From Eledone cirrhosa (taxonomy: Eukaryota), in the NCBI GenBank assembly GCA_964016885.1, contig OZ024762.1, positions 20,088,001 to 20,152,000 on the forward strand: a stretch of 64,000 nucleotides of DNA. Direction: 5' to 3'. Below are positions 52,008-64,000 of this stretch, in pieces (positions within the stretch are counted from its first letter, which is position 1; every line of letters begins with the position of its first letter). A program made the position numbers and the translations under genes. The notes beneath the pieces are model-generated. The model saw nothing but the letters and a program-made list of their open reading frames with translations. It ran no database searches and was not told the origin of the DNA.

Positions 52008-52519
52008 GACCCAGATGAAATACTAAGCGCACCCAAACGTCTTCTTCGCCTTCCTCATTGCTACCATCACCACCATCATCATCATCATCATCATCATCAT
52101 CATTGTTGTCATCGTTATCTTTGTTGCCGTCGTCGCCATCACCACCACACACACACACACTCTCTCTCTCTCTCTTTCTTTCTCTCTCCCTGCAAAACAA
52201 CACTCACCAAATATTATTGTATCTACCTGAACACAGGTAAAACAAAAAAAAAAAACCCCCCAAAAAAACAAAAAAACCTGGATGGAAAACTTGTTGCTGG
52301 TGGCCAGTCTCTCTGTCTCTGTGTTGGGGGACAGATATTTAAGAGTAAACAGAAACAAACAAGTCCCCCCCCACCCACACACACACACACAGAACACAAA
52401 AAGGGCCTATAAGTCTTAGTGGGCTTTACTGTAGGGGAAGAAGAAGAGGAGGAAAGAGAACAAGGCTCTGACATTCCAACTGAGGCCCTACACTATATAT
52501 ACATCTCTCTCTCTCTATA

Positions 52520-52576
<57 letters not shown>

Positions 52577-52603
52577 TATATATATATATATATATATCTG
52601 TAT

Positions 52604-52639
<36 letters not shown>

Positions 52640-52645
52640 CTGTAT

Positions 52646-52709
<64 letters not shown>

Positions 52710-52818
52710 TATATATATATATATAACCGAGAGACTGTAAGCAAGATATTTTTTCCATCAACATCAACACCAACACCGACACTCTGCCGATTTTGTCAAC
52801 CCACCTGGACTAGAATAT

Positions 52819-52852
<34 letters not shown>

Positions 52853-53549
52853 ATAAGAATTCAATCGTAAGAAAAGAAGAAAGAACATACACCCAGATTT
52901 AAACTGATTAGGTAGGGAAACCCCCCACCAAGAAGGCCCCTTCACCCCCATCACCCCCACCACTCATATATATAATACCCTAAAAATGGATGACATAACC
53001 CGTCTCTCTAACATAATTAATACTAACATTATATTTACAATATTGAGAAAGAAATATGTGAAACTTCGAGTTTAGGAAGAGTGGAATAATTTACCAAACT
53101 TTGGAGATTCTTTAATGTTGCTTCCAAAGTGTTTACTAACAGAACAACAACAACAACAACATCAGTAATAACAACAGTAACAGCAATAACAACAACAGTA
53201 ACAAGAACAGTAACAACAAAACAACAACAATAACAACAACAGTAACAGCAATAACAACAACAAAAACAACAACAATAACAGCAACAACAACAGCAATAAC
53301 AACAACAGTAACAGCAATAACAACAACAAAAACAACAACAGTAACAGCAACAACAACAACAGTAACAGCAATAACAACAACAGTAACAGCAATAACAACA
53401 ACAAAAGCAACAACAACAGTAACAGCAATAACAACAACAGTAACAGTAACAACAAAAACAACAACAGTAACAGCAACAACATCAATAACAACAACAACAG
53501 TAACAACAACAACATAAGTAACAACAACAGTAGCAACCACAATATCAGT

Positions 53550-53580
<31 letters not shown>

Positions 53581-53620
53581 GTAACAACAACAACAACAAC
53601 AACATCAGCAATAACAACCC
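49840..53620. repeat. Microsatellite-dense block: (GGT)/(ACC), (CA)/(TA), (ATT), (CAT), (AAC)
   Basis: Directly visible. Confidence 0.9.
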
Positions 53621-54062
53621 TATAACAACCCTAAAAGAGAAACTCGAAAGCCCTCAATATTTTGGAGGGAGCAATCCCTCTCCTCCTCCCCCTCCCCTTC
53701 AGTTCCTTTATAAAAAAAAATCTGAAGATTGAGAAATTGTGTTAAATTCAGTTGAATATCAGAATAGAATTTACTGAAACTCTTCCGTCCTGTCCCAATC
53801 CCTTTGATCAGATCACACACCCACACACCCACGCATACAGACAATCACACACCTACTCAAACACAATCACACACCACACATAATTACATTCACCTGTACA
53901 CACCTTACATACACACACACACCTTACATACGTCACCCACATCTCCCACGGTTTAAATTGACAATATTTTGTAGGTGAAGGTTCACATTAAACTCAACTA
54001 GATTCAAGAGAACAACACACATTATAAGAAACAGTTCAAAAGATTTCTTAATTAAAATCCAG

Positions 54063-54210
54063 GTGGAGGATCTCGTTAATTTCAGAATGGATTCCAATAT
54101 ATACCAGCCTCAGCTTCCAATGGAGTATGGCCAATTCTTGCCCGCATATTTCCCATCTACAGCTCTCATGCATTATGCTCTTTATCTTGTGTTTACCTTC
54201 GGAATTTCAG
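54063..54210 (+). CDS. Candidate exon of an unidentified gene, possibly encoding a signal peptide
   Basis: ccag|GTGGAG...TTTCAG|gtgagt; open frame VEDLVNFRMDSNIYQPQLPMEYGQFLPAYFPSTALMHYALYLVFTFGIS ending in phase 1; non-repetitive island among microsatellites. Confidence 0.45.
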
Positions 54211-54301
54211 GTGAGTGACAGATTTCTTTTAAACCCTCCTCTTGTCTAAACCGTGCCATAACTATAGTTTATTGTGTGTGTATGTCTGTGTATGTCTGCA
54301 T

Positions 54302-54346
<45 letters not shown>

Positions 54347-55499
54347 TGTGTGTGTGTGTATGTGTGTGTGTGTATGTGTGTATATGTGTGTGTGTGTATC
54401 TGTGTGTGTCTGTGTATGTTTGTATGTGTCTGTATGTGTGTGTATGTCTGTATGTGTATGTGTGTGTGTGTGTGTGTCTGCATGCATGTGTGTCTGTGTG
54501 TGTTCGTGTATATCTGTGTGTGTGTGTCTGCATGCATGTGTGTCTGTGTGTGTTCGTGTATATCTGTGTGTGTGTGTATGTCTGCGTGTGTATGTGTGTG
54601 TGTCTGTGTGTCTATTTGTGTCCGTGTATGTCTGTGTGTGTGTGTCTGTGTGTATGTGTGTCTGTGTGTGTCTGTGTGTGTGTATATCTGTGTGTGTGTA
54701 TGTCTGTTTGTGTGTGTGTGTGTCCGTGAATGTCTGTGTGTGTGTATATCTGTGTGTCTGTATGTCTGTGTATGTCTGTGTATATGTGTGTATGTCTGCA
54801 TGTGTATGTCTGTATGTGTGTATGCCTGCATGTGTATGTCTGTATGTGTGTGTGTGTGTGTGTGTCTGCATGCATGTGTGTGTCTGTGTGTGTCCGTGAA
54901 TGTCTGTGTGTGTCCGTGTATATCTGTGTGTGTGTGTGTATATATGTGTGTCTGTATGTCTGTGTATGTCTGTGTATATGTCTGCATGTATGTATGTCTG
55001 TATGTGTGTGTGTGTCGTCTGCTTTGTTTCATAATAAATTTCTTAATATTGTGTATGTATATGTGAGTCTGTATTTCTGTATATGTGTGTGTGTGTCTCC
55101 CCAACTTCATAACTTTCTTAACATTGTGTGTATATGTATGTCTCTGTGTATATGTGTGTATATGTGTGTCTATGTGTATATGTGTATATATGTGTGTGTG
55201 TGTCCAACTTTGTTTCTTCATAACTTTCTTAATATTATATATTTTTTCGGTGGATTGGCAGTATCGGTAGAGGGTCGGATGCCATGCTTTGACGCATAGA
55301 GTTACGGCCCTTGCCATTCTGAGTTCAAATCCCGCCTTACGGGGTCGATAAAATAAAGTACCAGTAATGTAGTGGGATAATTGTTGGCCTTGTGCCAAAT
55401 GTAGAAACAATTATTTATTTTTAAAAAAATGACATTTTTACAAAGATATATTTATATCAAAGACATTTACAAAGACATTTTTATATATATACATGATAT

Positions 55500-56510
55500 A
55501 GATTATGATTATAGTGAAGAAATTAAAAATATATATTTAATTTGTATTTGTTATATATATACATTGTGGTGATGAAATAAAAAATAAATATATATTTAAT
55601 TTGTTATATATATACATTATAGTGAAGAAATAAAAGATATATATTTAATTAGTTATATATTTACATTGTAGTGCTGAAATAAAAAATATATATTTAATTT
55701 GTTATATATCTACATTGTGGTGATGAAATAAAAAATATATATTTAATTTGTTATATATCTACATTGTAGTGATGAAATAAAAAAAATATATATATTTAAT
55801 TTGTTATATATATACATTATAGTGAAGAAATAAAAAATATATATTTAATTAGTTATATATCTACATTGTAGTGCTGAAATAAAAAAAATATATATTTAAT
55901 TTGGTATATATATACATTATAGTGAAGGAATAAAAAAAATATATTTAATTAGTTATATATCTACATTGTGGTGCTGAAATAAAAACAATATATATTTAAT
56001 TTGGTATATATATACATTATAGTGAAGAAATAAAAAATATATATTTAATTTGTTATATATATACATTATAGTGAAGAAATAAAAAAAAATATATTTAATT
56101 TGTTATATATACATTATAGTGATGAAACAAAAAATATATATATTTAATTTGTTATACATTGTGGTGATGAAATAAAAAATATATATTTAATTTGTTATAT
56201 ATATACATTATAGTGAAGAAATAAAAAATATATATTTAATTTGTTATATATACATTATAGTGATGAAACAAAAAATATATATATTTAATTTGTTATATAT
56301 CTACATTATGGTGATGAAATAAAAAAAAAAAATATTTAATTTGGTATATATGTATAATGGTGGTGAAATAAAATAAAATATATTTAATTTATTATTTATT
56401 ATACATTATAGTGATGAAATAAAAAATATATTTAATTTTATATATACATTATGGTGGTGAAATTAGAAATATATTTAAGTTGTATATATACACTGTGGTG
56501 ATGAAATTAG
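55500..56510. repeat. Degenerate ~50-bp AT-rich minisatellite
   Basis: TACATTATAGTGAAGAAATAAAAAATATATATTTAATTTGTTATA repeated. Confidence 0.9.
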
Positions 56511-56628
56511 GAAATATATATATATGTGTGTGTGTTAAGTATTTCTGTGGAAAAGGAAAATGAAAGTAGAGTGCTCTATGTATAGTACAGAGTTATTTAA
56601 TTACATAATAAACAACACAATATAATTA

Positions 56629-56699
56629 TTCCATTACCAAAGGTTTCATGAAGTCAGACGATTCTAACAGAGGTGTCTGAATCCGTTCATCAGATAGAA
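56629..56699 (-). ncRNA. Hammerhead ribozyme motif (PLE pLTR-like)
   Basis: TTCTAT-CTGATGA-..TCAGAC..GTCTGA..-GAAA-CC ttt GG-TA-ATGGAA. Confidence 0.6.
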
Positions 56700-57447
56700 A
56701 TCTTATGAATAATTATATTGTGTTGTTTATTACATAATATATATATATATATATATATATACATGGTGATGAAATTAGGATATATATACACACACATATA
56801 TATATATATATAGTAATAAAAATAACTGCGAAGACTAAAATCCAGAGATCCCGTTAAGGGTGAAAGCAGCGATTCTTTGCTTAAACTTTAACCTGTTATT
56901 TTAATAAATTTATATATATATATATATATATATATGCTGATGAAATTAGGATATATATATATATGTATTTACATGGTGATATATATATATATATACATAG
57001 TGATGAAATTTAAAAAATAATTAATTTGTTAAATGTAAAAAAAAAAAAAAAATGTTATCTCTGATCGAGACAAAGCGAGAGTATATATGAATACATATAA
57101 AAATGAAAAAACTCATCACTAGAACAGTCGTTAAAACAGCTAAGTGCTGTCAAAGACAGCGATGGGCAAAAATGCCTCAGAGAAGAGAGCGCAGTGACCA
57201 GTGGTCAACAGAGAGACAATCCACTGCATAGCTGCACCCATTCATTCTTTCATTTATTGAATATGGCCGAGTAGTTAAGGAGAGCTAAGTAGTTCAGCAA
57301 TCATTAGGTCCTGGGTTCGATCTCACTACATGCCATCTTCAACTTTTATCATTTATCATAGCTTCGGGTCCACCCATCTCTTGTGAGTCAAAGTGGGTAG
57401 ATGGAAACTATCTAGGAAGTTTGTGAGATGGACAAACTTCATACAGA

Positions 57448-58800
57448 TTTCATAATATATATACAAAATCCATACAAATTTCATAATATATATACAAAAT
57501 CCATACAAATTTCATAATATATATACAAAATCCATACAAATTTCATAATATATATACAAAATCCATACAAATTTCATAATATATATACAAAATCCATACA
57601 AATTTCATAATATATATATACAAAATCCATACAAATTTCATAATATATATACAAAATCCATACAAATTTCATAATATATATACAAAATCCATACAAATTT
57701 CATAATATATATACAAAATCCATACAAATTGCATAATATATATACAAAATCCATACAAATTTCATAATATATATACAAAATCCATACAAATTTCATAATA
57801 TATATATACAAAATCCATACAAATTTCATAATATATATACAAAATCCATACAAATTTCATAATATATATACAAAATCCATACAAATTTCATAATATATAT
57901 ACAAAATCCATACAAATTTCATAATATATATACAAAATCCATACAAATTTCATAATATATATACAAAATCCATACAAATTTCATAATATATATACAAAAT
58001 CCATACAAATTGCATAATATATATACAAAATCCATACAAATTTCATAATATATATACAAAATCCATACAAATTGCATAATATATATACAAAATCCATACA
58101 AATTTCATAATATATATACAAAATCCATACAAATTTCATAATATATATACAAAATCCATACAAATTTCATAATATATATACAAAATCCATACAAATTTCA
58201 TAATATATATACAAAATCCATACAAATTTCATAATATATATACAAAATCCATACAAATTTCATAATATATATACAAAATCCATACAAATTTCATAATATA
58301 TATACAAAATCCATACAAATTGCATAATATATATACAAAATCCATACAAATTTCATAATATATATACAAAATCCATACAAATTGCATAATATATATACAA
58401 AATCCATACAAATTTCATAATATATATACAAAAATCCATACAAATTTCATAATATATATACAAAATCCATACAAATTTCATAATATATATATACAAAATC
58501 CATACAAATTTCATAATATATATACAAAATCCATACAAATTTCATAATATATATACAAAATCCATACAAATTTCATAATATATATATACAAAATCCATAC
58601 AAATTTCATAATATATATACAAAATCCATACAAATTGCATAATATATATACAAAATCCATACAAATTTCATAATATATATACAAAATCCATACAAATTTC
58701 ATAATATATATACAAAATCCATACAAATTTCATAATATATATACAAAATCCATACAAATTTCATAATATATATACAAAATCCATACAAATTTCATAATAT
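57448..58800. repeat. 31-bp tandem array (~43 copies)
   Basis: Unit TTTCATAATATATATACAAAATCCATACAAA. Confidence 0.97.
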
Positions 58801-59535
58801 CATATTGATATTAGGCAGCTAATTGGCAGAGTTGTTAGAACGTCAGATAGAATGCTTTATGATATTTGTTTCAACTCTCTGGCTCTCTGAGTTCAAATCC
58901 CACCGAAGTCAACTTTGCCTTTCATCCTTTCGAGGTCGATAAAAAAAAAGTACCAGTCTAGTACTGGGGTCGATTCTTCCTTTATATCTCTTTCTCTGGA
59001 AGAAATCTGCTGTACACAGGCCTGGAGAGGGACGGGGCTCTGCCAGGCTTAAAATGGCCAAGAAACGCCATAAGTCAATACAGTGTTGCTACAACTCTAT
59101 CAGGAGTTACAGGACCCTATATACTTCCATACATGTTGATAATGAATGATATAAGCAGTTAAATGGCAGAGTCGTTAGAATGTTGGATAGAACGGTTTGC
59201 AGTATTTATTCTAACTTTCTATGTGGAGTTCAAATCCCACCGAGGTCAACTTTTCCTTCTATCCTTTCGGGGTAGATAAAATAAAGTACCAGTCAAATAC
59301 TGGGGTTTATTCTTACTCTATAACTTTTTCTAACTTATCTATGACTCTCACTCTTTCTCTGGAAGAAATCATCTGTGTAATCCCTGGAGAGGGGATGGGC
59401 TCCACTGGGTTGTAAATGTCTAAGGCACACCTTAGTCCCTAAAGTGCCCCTATGACTCCACTAGGGGTTATGGGTTCATACATCCATATGTAAATATATA
59501 TCTACATACACATCTACATACACATCTACATACTT

Positions 59536-59572
<37 letters not shown>

Positions 59573-59635
59573 CACACACATACATATATGTGTATATATA
59601 TATATATACACACACACATATATATATATATACAT

Positions 59636-59670
<35 letters not shown>

Positions 59671-59689
59671 AGTTTATATCATTGTACAC

Positions 59690-60110
59690 GTTACTGATGT
59701 TGTTGTTATTGTTACTGTTGTATATGTTGCTGGTGTTGTTGTTGTTGTATATGTTGCTGGTGTTGTTGTTGTTGTTGTTACTGTTGTATATGTTGCTGGT
59801 GTTGTTGTTGTTGTTACTGTTGTATATGTTGCTGGTGTTGTTGTTGTTACTGTTGTATATGTTGCTGGTGTTGTTGTTGTTGTTGTTGTTACTGTTGTAT
59901 ATGTTGCTGGTGTTGTTGTTGTTGTTACTGTTGTATATGTTGTTGTTGTTGTTGTTGTTACTGTTGTATATGTTGCTGGTGTTGTTGTTGTTGTTACTGT
60001 TGTATATGTTGCTGGTGTTGTTGTTGTTGTTACTGTTGTATATGTTGCTGGTGTTGTTGTTGTTGTTACTGTTGTATATGTTGCTGGTGTTGTTGTTGTT
60101 GTTGTTACTG
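59690..60110. repeat. (TTG)n-based minisatellite
   Basis: TTACTGTTGTATATGTTGCTGGTG(TTG)n repeated. Confidence 0.9.
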
Positions 60111-60692
60111 TTCTTGTGTATAATCTATAAAAGTATAAAATGAAATTGAAACCAAAATAAAATATAAACTACAACGTACTCTCGGGTCACAAATAATAGT
60201 GGGGTGGGTGTTGGTATAAGTGGGGGTGGGTTGAGGTGGAATAAGTGGGGGGAGGGATGTTGTAACAGGTGGGGGTGGGTTGGGGTGGAATAAGCGGGGG
60301 GTGGGGAATTTGGCAATATTTCTCGGTTATCGGCGTTGATTTTTAAAAAACAACAGAATTAGTTGTTTAGTTTACATACTGAGACCCCCCCCCCACCAAC
60401 CCATCCTATTTATTTCATAACATATGGGTGAAAGCAGCGATTCTTTGCTTAAACTTTAATGTACTTTTTTTTGTCATGTATAATGTTTTTCAATGTCTAA
60501 AGAAAAAATTAATTGTCAGTCAGAGGAAAGTTATGAGTTGAAATAAAATTTTGTTGGAGATAGATTAGCAAAATTTAATAAGTGGGGAGGGGTGGAATAA
60601 GAGCAGGGGTGTGTGTGTGTGGAAAAAACCTGAAAAATTAAGAAGTTGGGGCAGGGGTGAGGGCATTATTTGAGACCTGGGAGTATATTGGA

Positions 60693-61260
60693 TTAAACCT
60701 TTAGCATTTAAACCAGCCGTATCCGGCCAGAATTCTCTCACCTCTTTCTCTTCAAACCGGCTGTAACTGGGCACTCATATTGAAGTTAAGGTATTGTTCT
60801 CAAAATAAATACTTTCAAAATCTCATAGATTCAATATTATGTGAGATAATTATGTAAAATAAAGCCTTAACCACAAAAATACAATAGTATTCATTCATTT
60901 CATTTTACGCCCGCTTTTCCTTGCTTGCAAGGGTGGGACAGGAACTGATTCTGGCTTGATTTCTACAGCTGGATGCCCTTCCTCACACCAACCTCATTTA
61001 CAGTGAGTGCTGGGTGCTTTTTTGCCATGGCACCTCCACGACCACTTTGCAGTGGAATGATATGGACCCCAGTCCCTATCATCTCATTTCTACAGCTGAG
61101 TAAACTGGAGCAATATGAAATAAAGTGTCTTGCTCAAGTACACAGCACATCACCCAGTCTGAGAATTGAACTCACAACTTTTCGATTGCAAGGCCAATGC
61201 TCTAACCACTAAGCCATGTGCCTCCATGTATATAGAGTAATATAAATGCTAAAGGGTTAA
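60693..61260. mobile_element. TTAA MITE in reverse orientation with a nested tRNA/RTE-tail SINE (~60895-61227)
   Basis: MITE ends and internal homology to 12315-12527; insert homologous to 12672-12976. Confidence 0.75.
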
Positions 61261-61809
61261 AAGGAAGATTGGGTTTGGCAGAGTCAGTGGCGAATTGGTT
61301 TCAGTTCTTTATATGCTGAGTTCAATTTTGCTTTTCATTTATTTTTCTTCAAAGGGAATAAAAAGAAAGATCTTTGTTTTTATTTTTCTCATGGCAGGCT
61401 GAATGAATTGGGGCCCAGAACCCAACGAAACTTGAGTACCTGTTTATGTCACTGTTGCAAGCAGGGAAAAGCAGACATAAAATAATGATGATGATGATCA
61501 TCATCATCATCATCACCGTTTTACGTCCGTTCTTCCACGCTAGCATGGGTTAGACGGGTTGTCCTGTTGTGGGCAGTGTCTGGTCGGCTGACCATGCCTT
61601 GCTCATACAGGAACTGATTTGGCTTGATTTCTACAGCTGGATGCCCTTCCTAACACCAACCTCATTTCCAGTGAGTGATGTTGATATATATATATATATA
61701 TAAAATTTCAGGTTATCAATAATGTAGTGATAATATATCGTTACGTTAGAGATGAACAGCGTACGTGCAGGTTTGCTCAACGAGTATAAATTATATTCCG
61801 GAGAAAATG

Positions 61810-62912
61810 TAGAAAGGATGAATATAAAATGAAAGTGCTTTTTTTAAAAAGGAATTTATTAGGTATTGACATATGTTTCTGTAACAGACGGAATACCTAT
61901 GTATCGCTGCTTGCGTAATCATATAATGTTAGCAAGTATTCGATAGCAAATGTATAATCAGTTGTCACTTCTTCAGAGATTTTGGATAAATTGGATAAAA
62001 TCAGAAAAATTGAAGTATTTATATTAGTAATAGAGGAAGAAACAGAGGGGATAGTATATGACAGATGGTAAATTAATTTACTGCTAAACAAGTATATAAT
62101 GGGTTTCTAATGAGAATACCATGAGTAAATCTAAATAAGAATTTTGGGAGTGCCAATTTTAATCTCTACTCAACCAACTGGACAGTGGACAGGGCTGGTC
62201 ATTTGGTGCAGTAGTATTAATTATAAAGTGTCAATTGGGGAAGGGGGAGATTTCGATTGCTACTAAATAACATCAATGCTAGTAGCCAGCTGGTATATGC
62301 ATTAGGGAATTGAATCAAGAAATCAGAAATCTCATTTTATCTATAGCAGTTTGTATTAAAAGGTAAATGATAGAAGAGTTGATAGAATTAAGACTAATAA
62401 AGAATGTTAATATCTATTTTGACAATCAAACGGAGATAGAGACAGGCGTTCAATCCTGGTAGTATTTATAATATGAAAATGTAGATTTTAAGCGATGGTT
62501 ACAGTATAACGATCGCTCTATTCTGTTATTTAATAAAATGTTTTTGGATTTCATAATGCAAAATAATTCTACATTACATAATTTACAAATTCCTGTCCAT
62601 GGGAATATGGGGGGGGTTATTTTCACATATACTTGTTTAGCAGTAAATTGATTTACCATCTGTCATATACTATCCCCTCTCTTCTTCCTCTATTACTAAT
62701 ATAAATACTTCAATTTTTCTGATTTTATCCAATTTATCCAAAATCTCTGAAGAAGTGACAACTGATTATACATTTGCTATCGAATACTTGCTAACATTAT
62801 ATGATTACGCAAGCAGCGATACATAGGTATTCCGTCTGTTACAGAAACATATGTCAATACCTAATAAATTCCTTTTAAAAAAAGCACTTTCATTTTATAT
62901 TCATCCTTTCTA
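61810..62912 (-). mobile_element. Truncated Penelope-like element with inverted pLTR
   Basis: ~287-bp inverted arms at 61810-62097 and 62627-62912; the spacer encodes GICKLCNVELFCIMK..LLNNRIERSLYCNHR on -; arms contain CTGAAGA..GAAACATATGTC. Confidence 0.8.
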
Positions 62913-63027
62913 TATATATATATATATGTATATGTATATATATATATATTAGGATAAAACCAGTTTTAAACTAGTTAGACCATTCCTCAACAGAGTACTT
63001 GATATTTGGGATAGTAGAGTACGGCTA

Positions 63028-63205
63028 TGGATTGGCAGTATCGGTAGAGGGTCGGACGCCATGCTTTCCAGCATAGTTACGTCCCTTTACGGTCTGAGTT
63101 CAAATCCCGCCGAGGTTGACTTTGCCTTTCATCCTTACGGGGTCGATAAAATAAAGTACCAGTAATGCACTGGGTAATTGATGGACTTGTGCCAAAAGTG
63201 GAAAC
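63028..63205 (+). mobile_element. tRNA-SINE copy (others at ~33605, 55248, 58813, 59155)
   Basis: Same family as 4141-4322. Confidence 0.85.
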
Positions 63206-63371
63206 AATTATAACTAGTCAAGGCCCCAACTCTTTATAATATGTATATATACCCCCCCCCCCCCACCACATATATATATATGTATGTAAAAGGTAAACAG
63301 AAATAGCAACACAATCGGTATAGTATATGGAAGGGATATATTAGGTTAATGCTTGATATAGCAGGAAGAGG

Positions 63372-63406
63372 GACTTAACGTTTCGGACGCTAGTCCTTCA
63401 TCAAAA
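63372..63406 (-). ncRNA. Degenerate minimal hammerhead motif
   Basis: TTGATGA-aGGACtagcGTCC-GAAACGTTA; C3 is mutated and stem I is weak. Confidence 0.4.
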
Positions 63407-64000
63407 GAAAGAATGAGAAATAATATAGATTGAGGGGTCGGGCCCAACCATATATATATATATGAAAAAATTTAGGATCTAACTGTCGAAATGGCCGGAG
63501 CTCAGCCGTCAGGGTATGAATCTTTTCACATTACCCACTCTACTACCCCAAGTATTGAGTACTCCGGTGGGTTATGGTCCACCTGGTATTTTACCACACC
63601 CTATCTGATATACATATATATGGTTGGTTGTAAAAACAAGAGAATCTAAGTTCACTAATGTTAAACCATCCCAAGCTTTGTTGAGACATTGATTATAGAA
63701 GCACCTTCTCCCTATCAGTTGGTAAACGACCTACACCTGCTGGTTATGGCAAAATAAATTGTGTAATGAGGGCGATGAAAATGTTTGATGGATGACTGGG
63801 TGGGCACACAATTCTTTCTAGCCAAGCCCTTATCAAGTTCTTCAAATACCACTTGAAGAGAATGGAGGAGTGGGAGAGTGGAGAAAGAAGAGCACCCTTC
63901 CAATATAGCTTTTATGAAATGTGGGCGAGTTTAAATTGTTCTTCCTCTGATTATGTGGTTGGAAACAAAAGACAAGAAACTGTCAGAAAGAACTTTTGTC

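Noticed and set aside
49795-53617. Poly-His, Pro, Leu and Val ORFs
   Set aside because: Trinucleotide repeats (ACC, GGT, AAC) with no unique coding context
63715-64000. Non-repetitive stretch with a 62-aa ORF at the window end
   Set aside because: No recognisable motif or convincing splice sites; cannot be supported

Overview
Eukaryotic, very repeat-rich, AT-rich genomic DNA. It is most likely from an octopus or other coleoid cephalopod, inferred from the SINE families and dense (TA)n/(CA)n microsatellites. The only confidently identified protein-coding gene is the 3' part of an alpha-1,6-fucosyltransferase (FUT8): four + strand exons at 3306-3552, 5794-5976, 6747-6897 and 10153-10482 with consistent GT-AG phases. 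The rest is mostly tandem satellites (26-29, 31, 40, 48, 51, 60, 80 and 112 bp units), tRNA-derived SINEs, TTAA MITEs, RTE-clade LINE remnants, a deleted mariner and Penelope-like (PLE) fragments. Four things stand out: (i) about a dozen hammerhead-ribozyme (HHR) motifs from several families, often as inverted pairs and including core variants; (ii) at least four satellites whose units are recognisable pieces of local retroelements; (iii) a candidate spliced non-coding transcript on the - strand with an NRF1/YY1-type promoter near 36.1 kb; (iv) an orphan candidate signal-peptide exon at 54.1 kb. Nearly all long ORFs in the track are artefacts of repeats. All pairings and alignments were read by eye; nothing was computed or searched.
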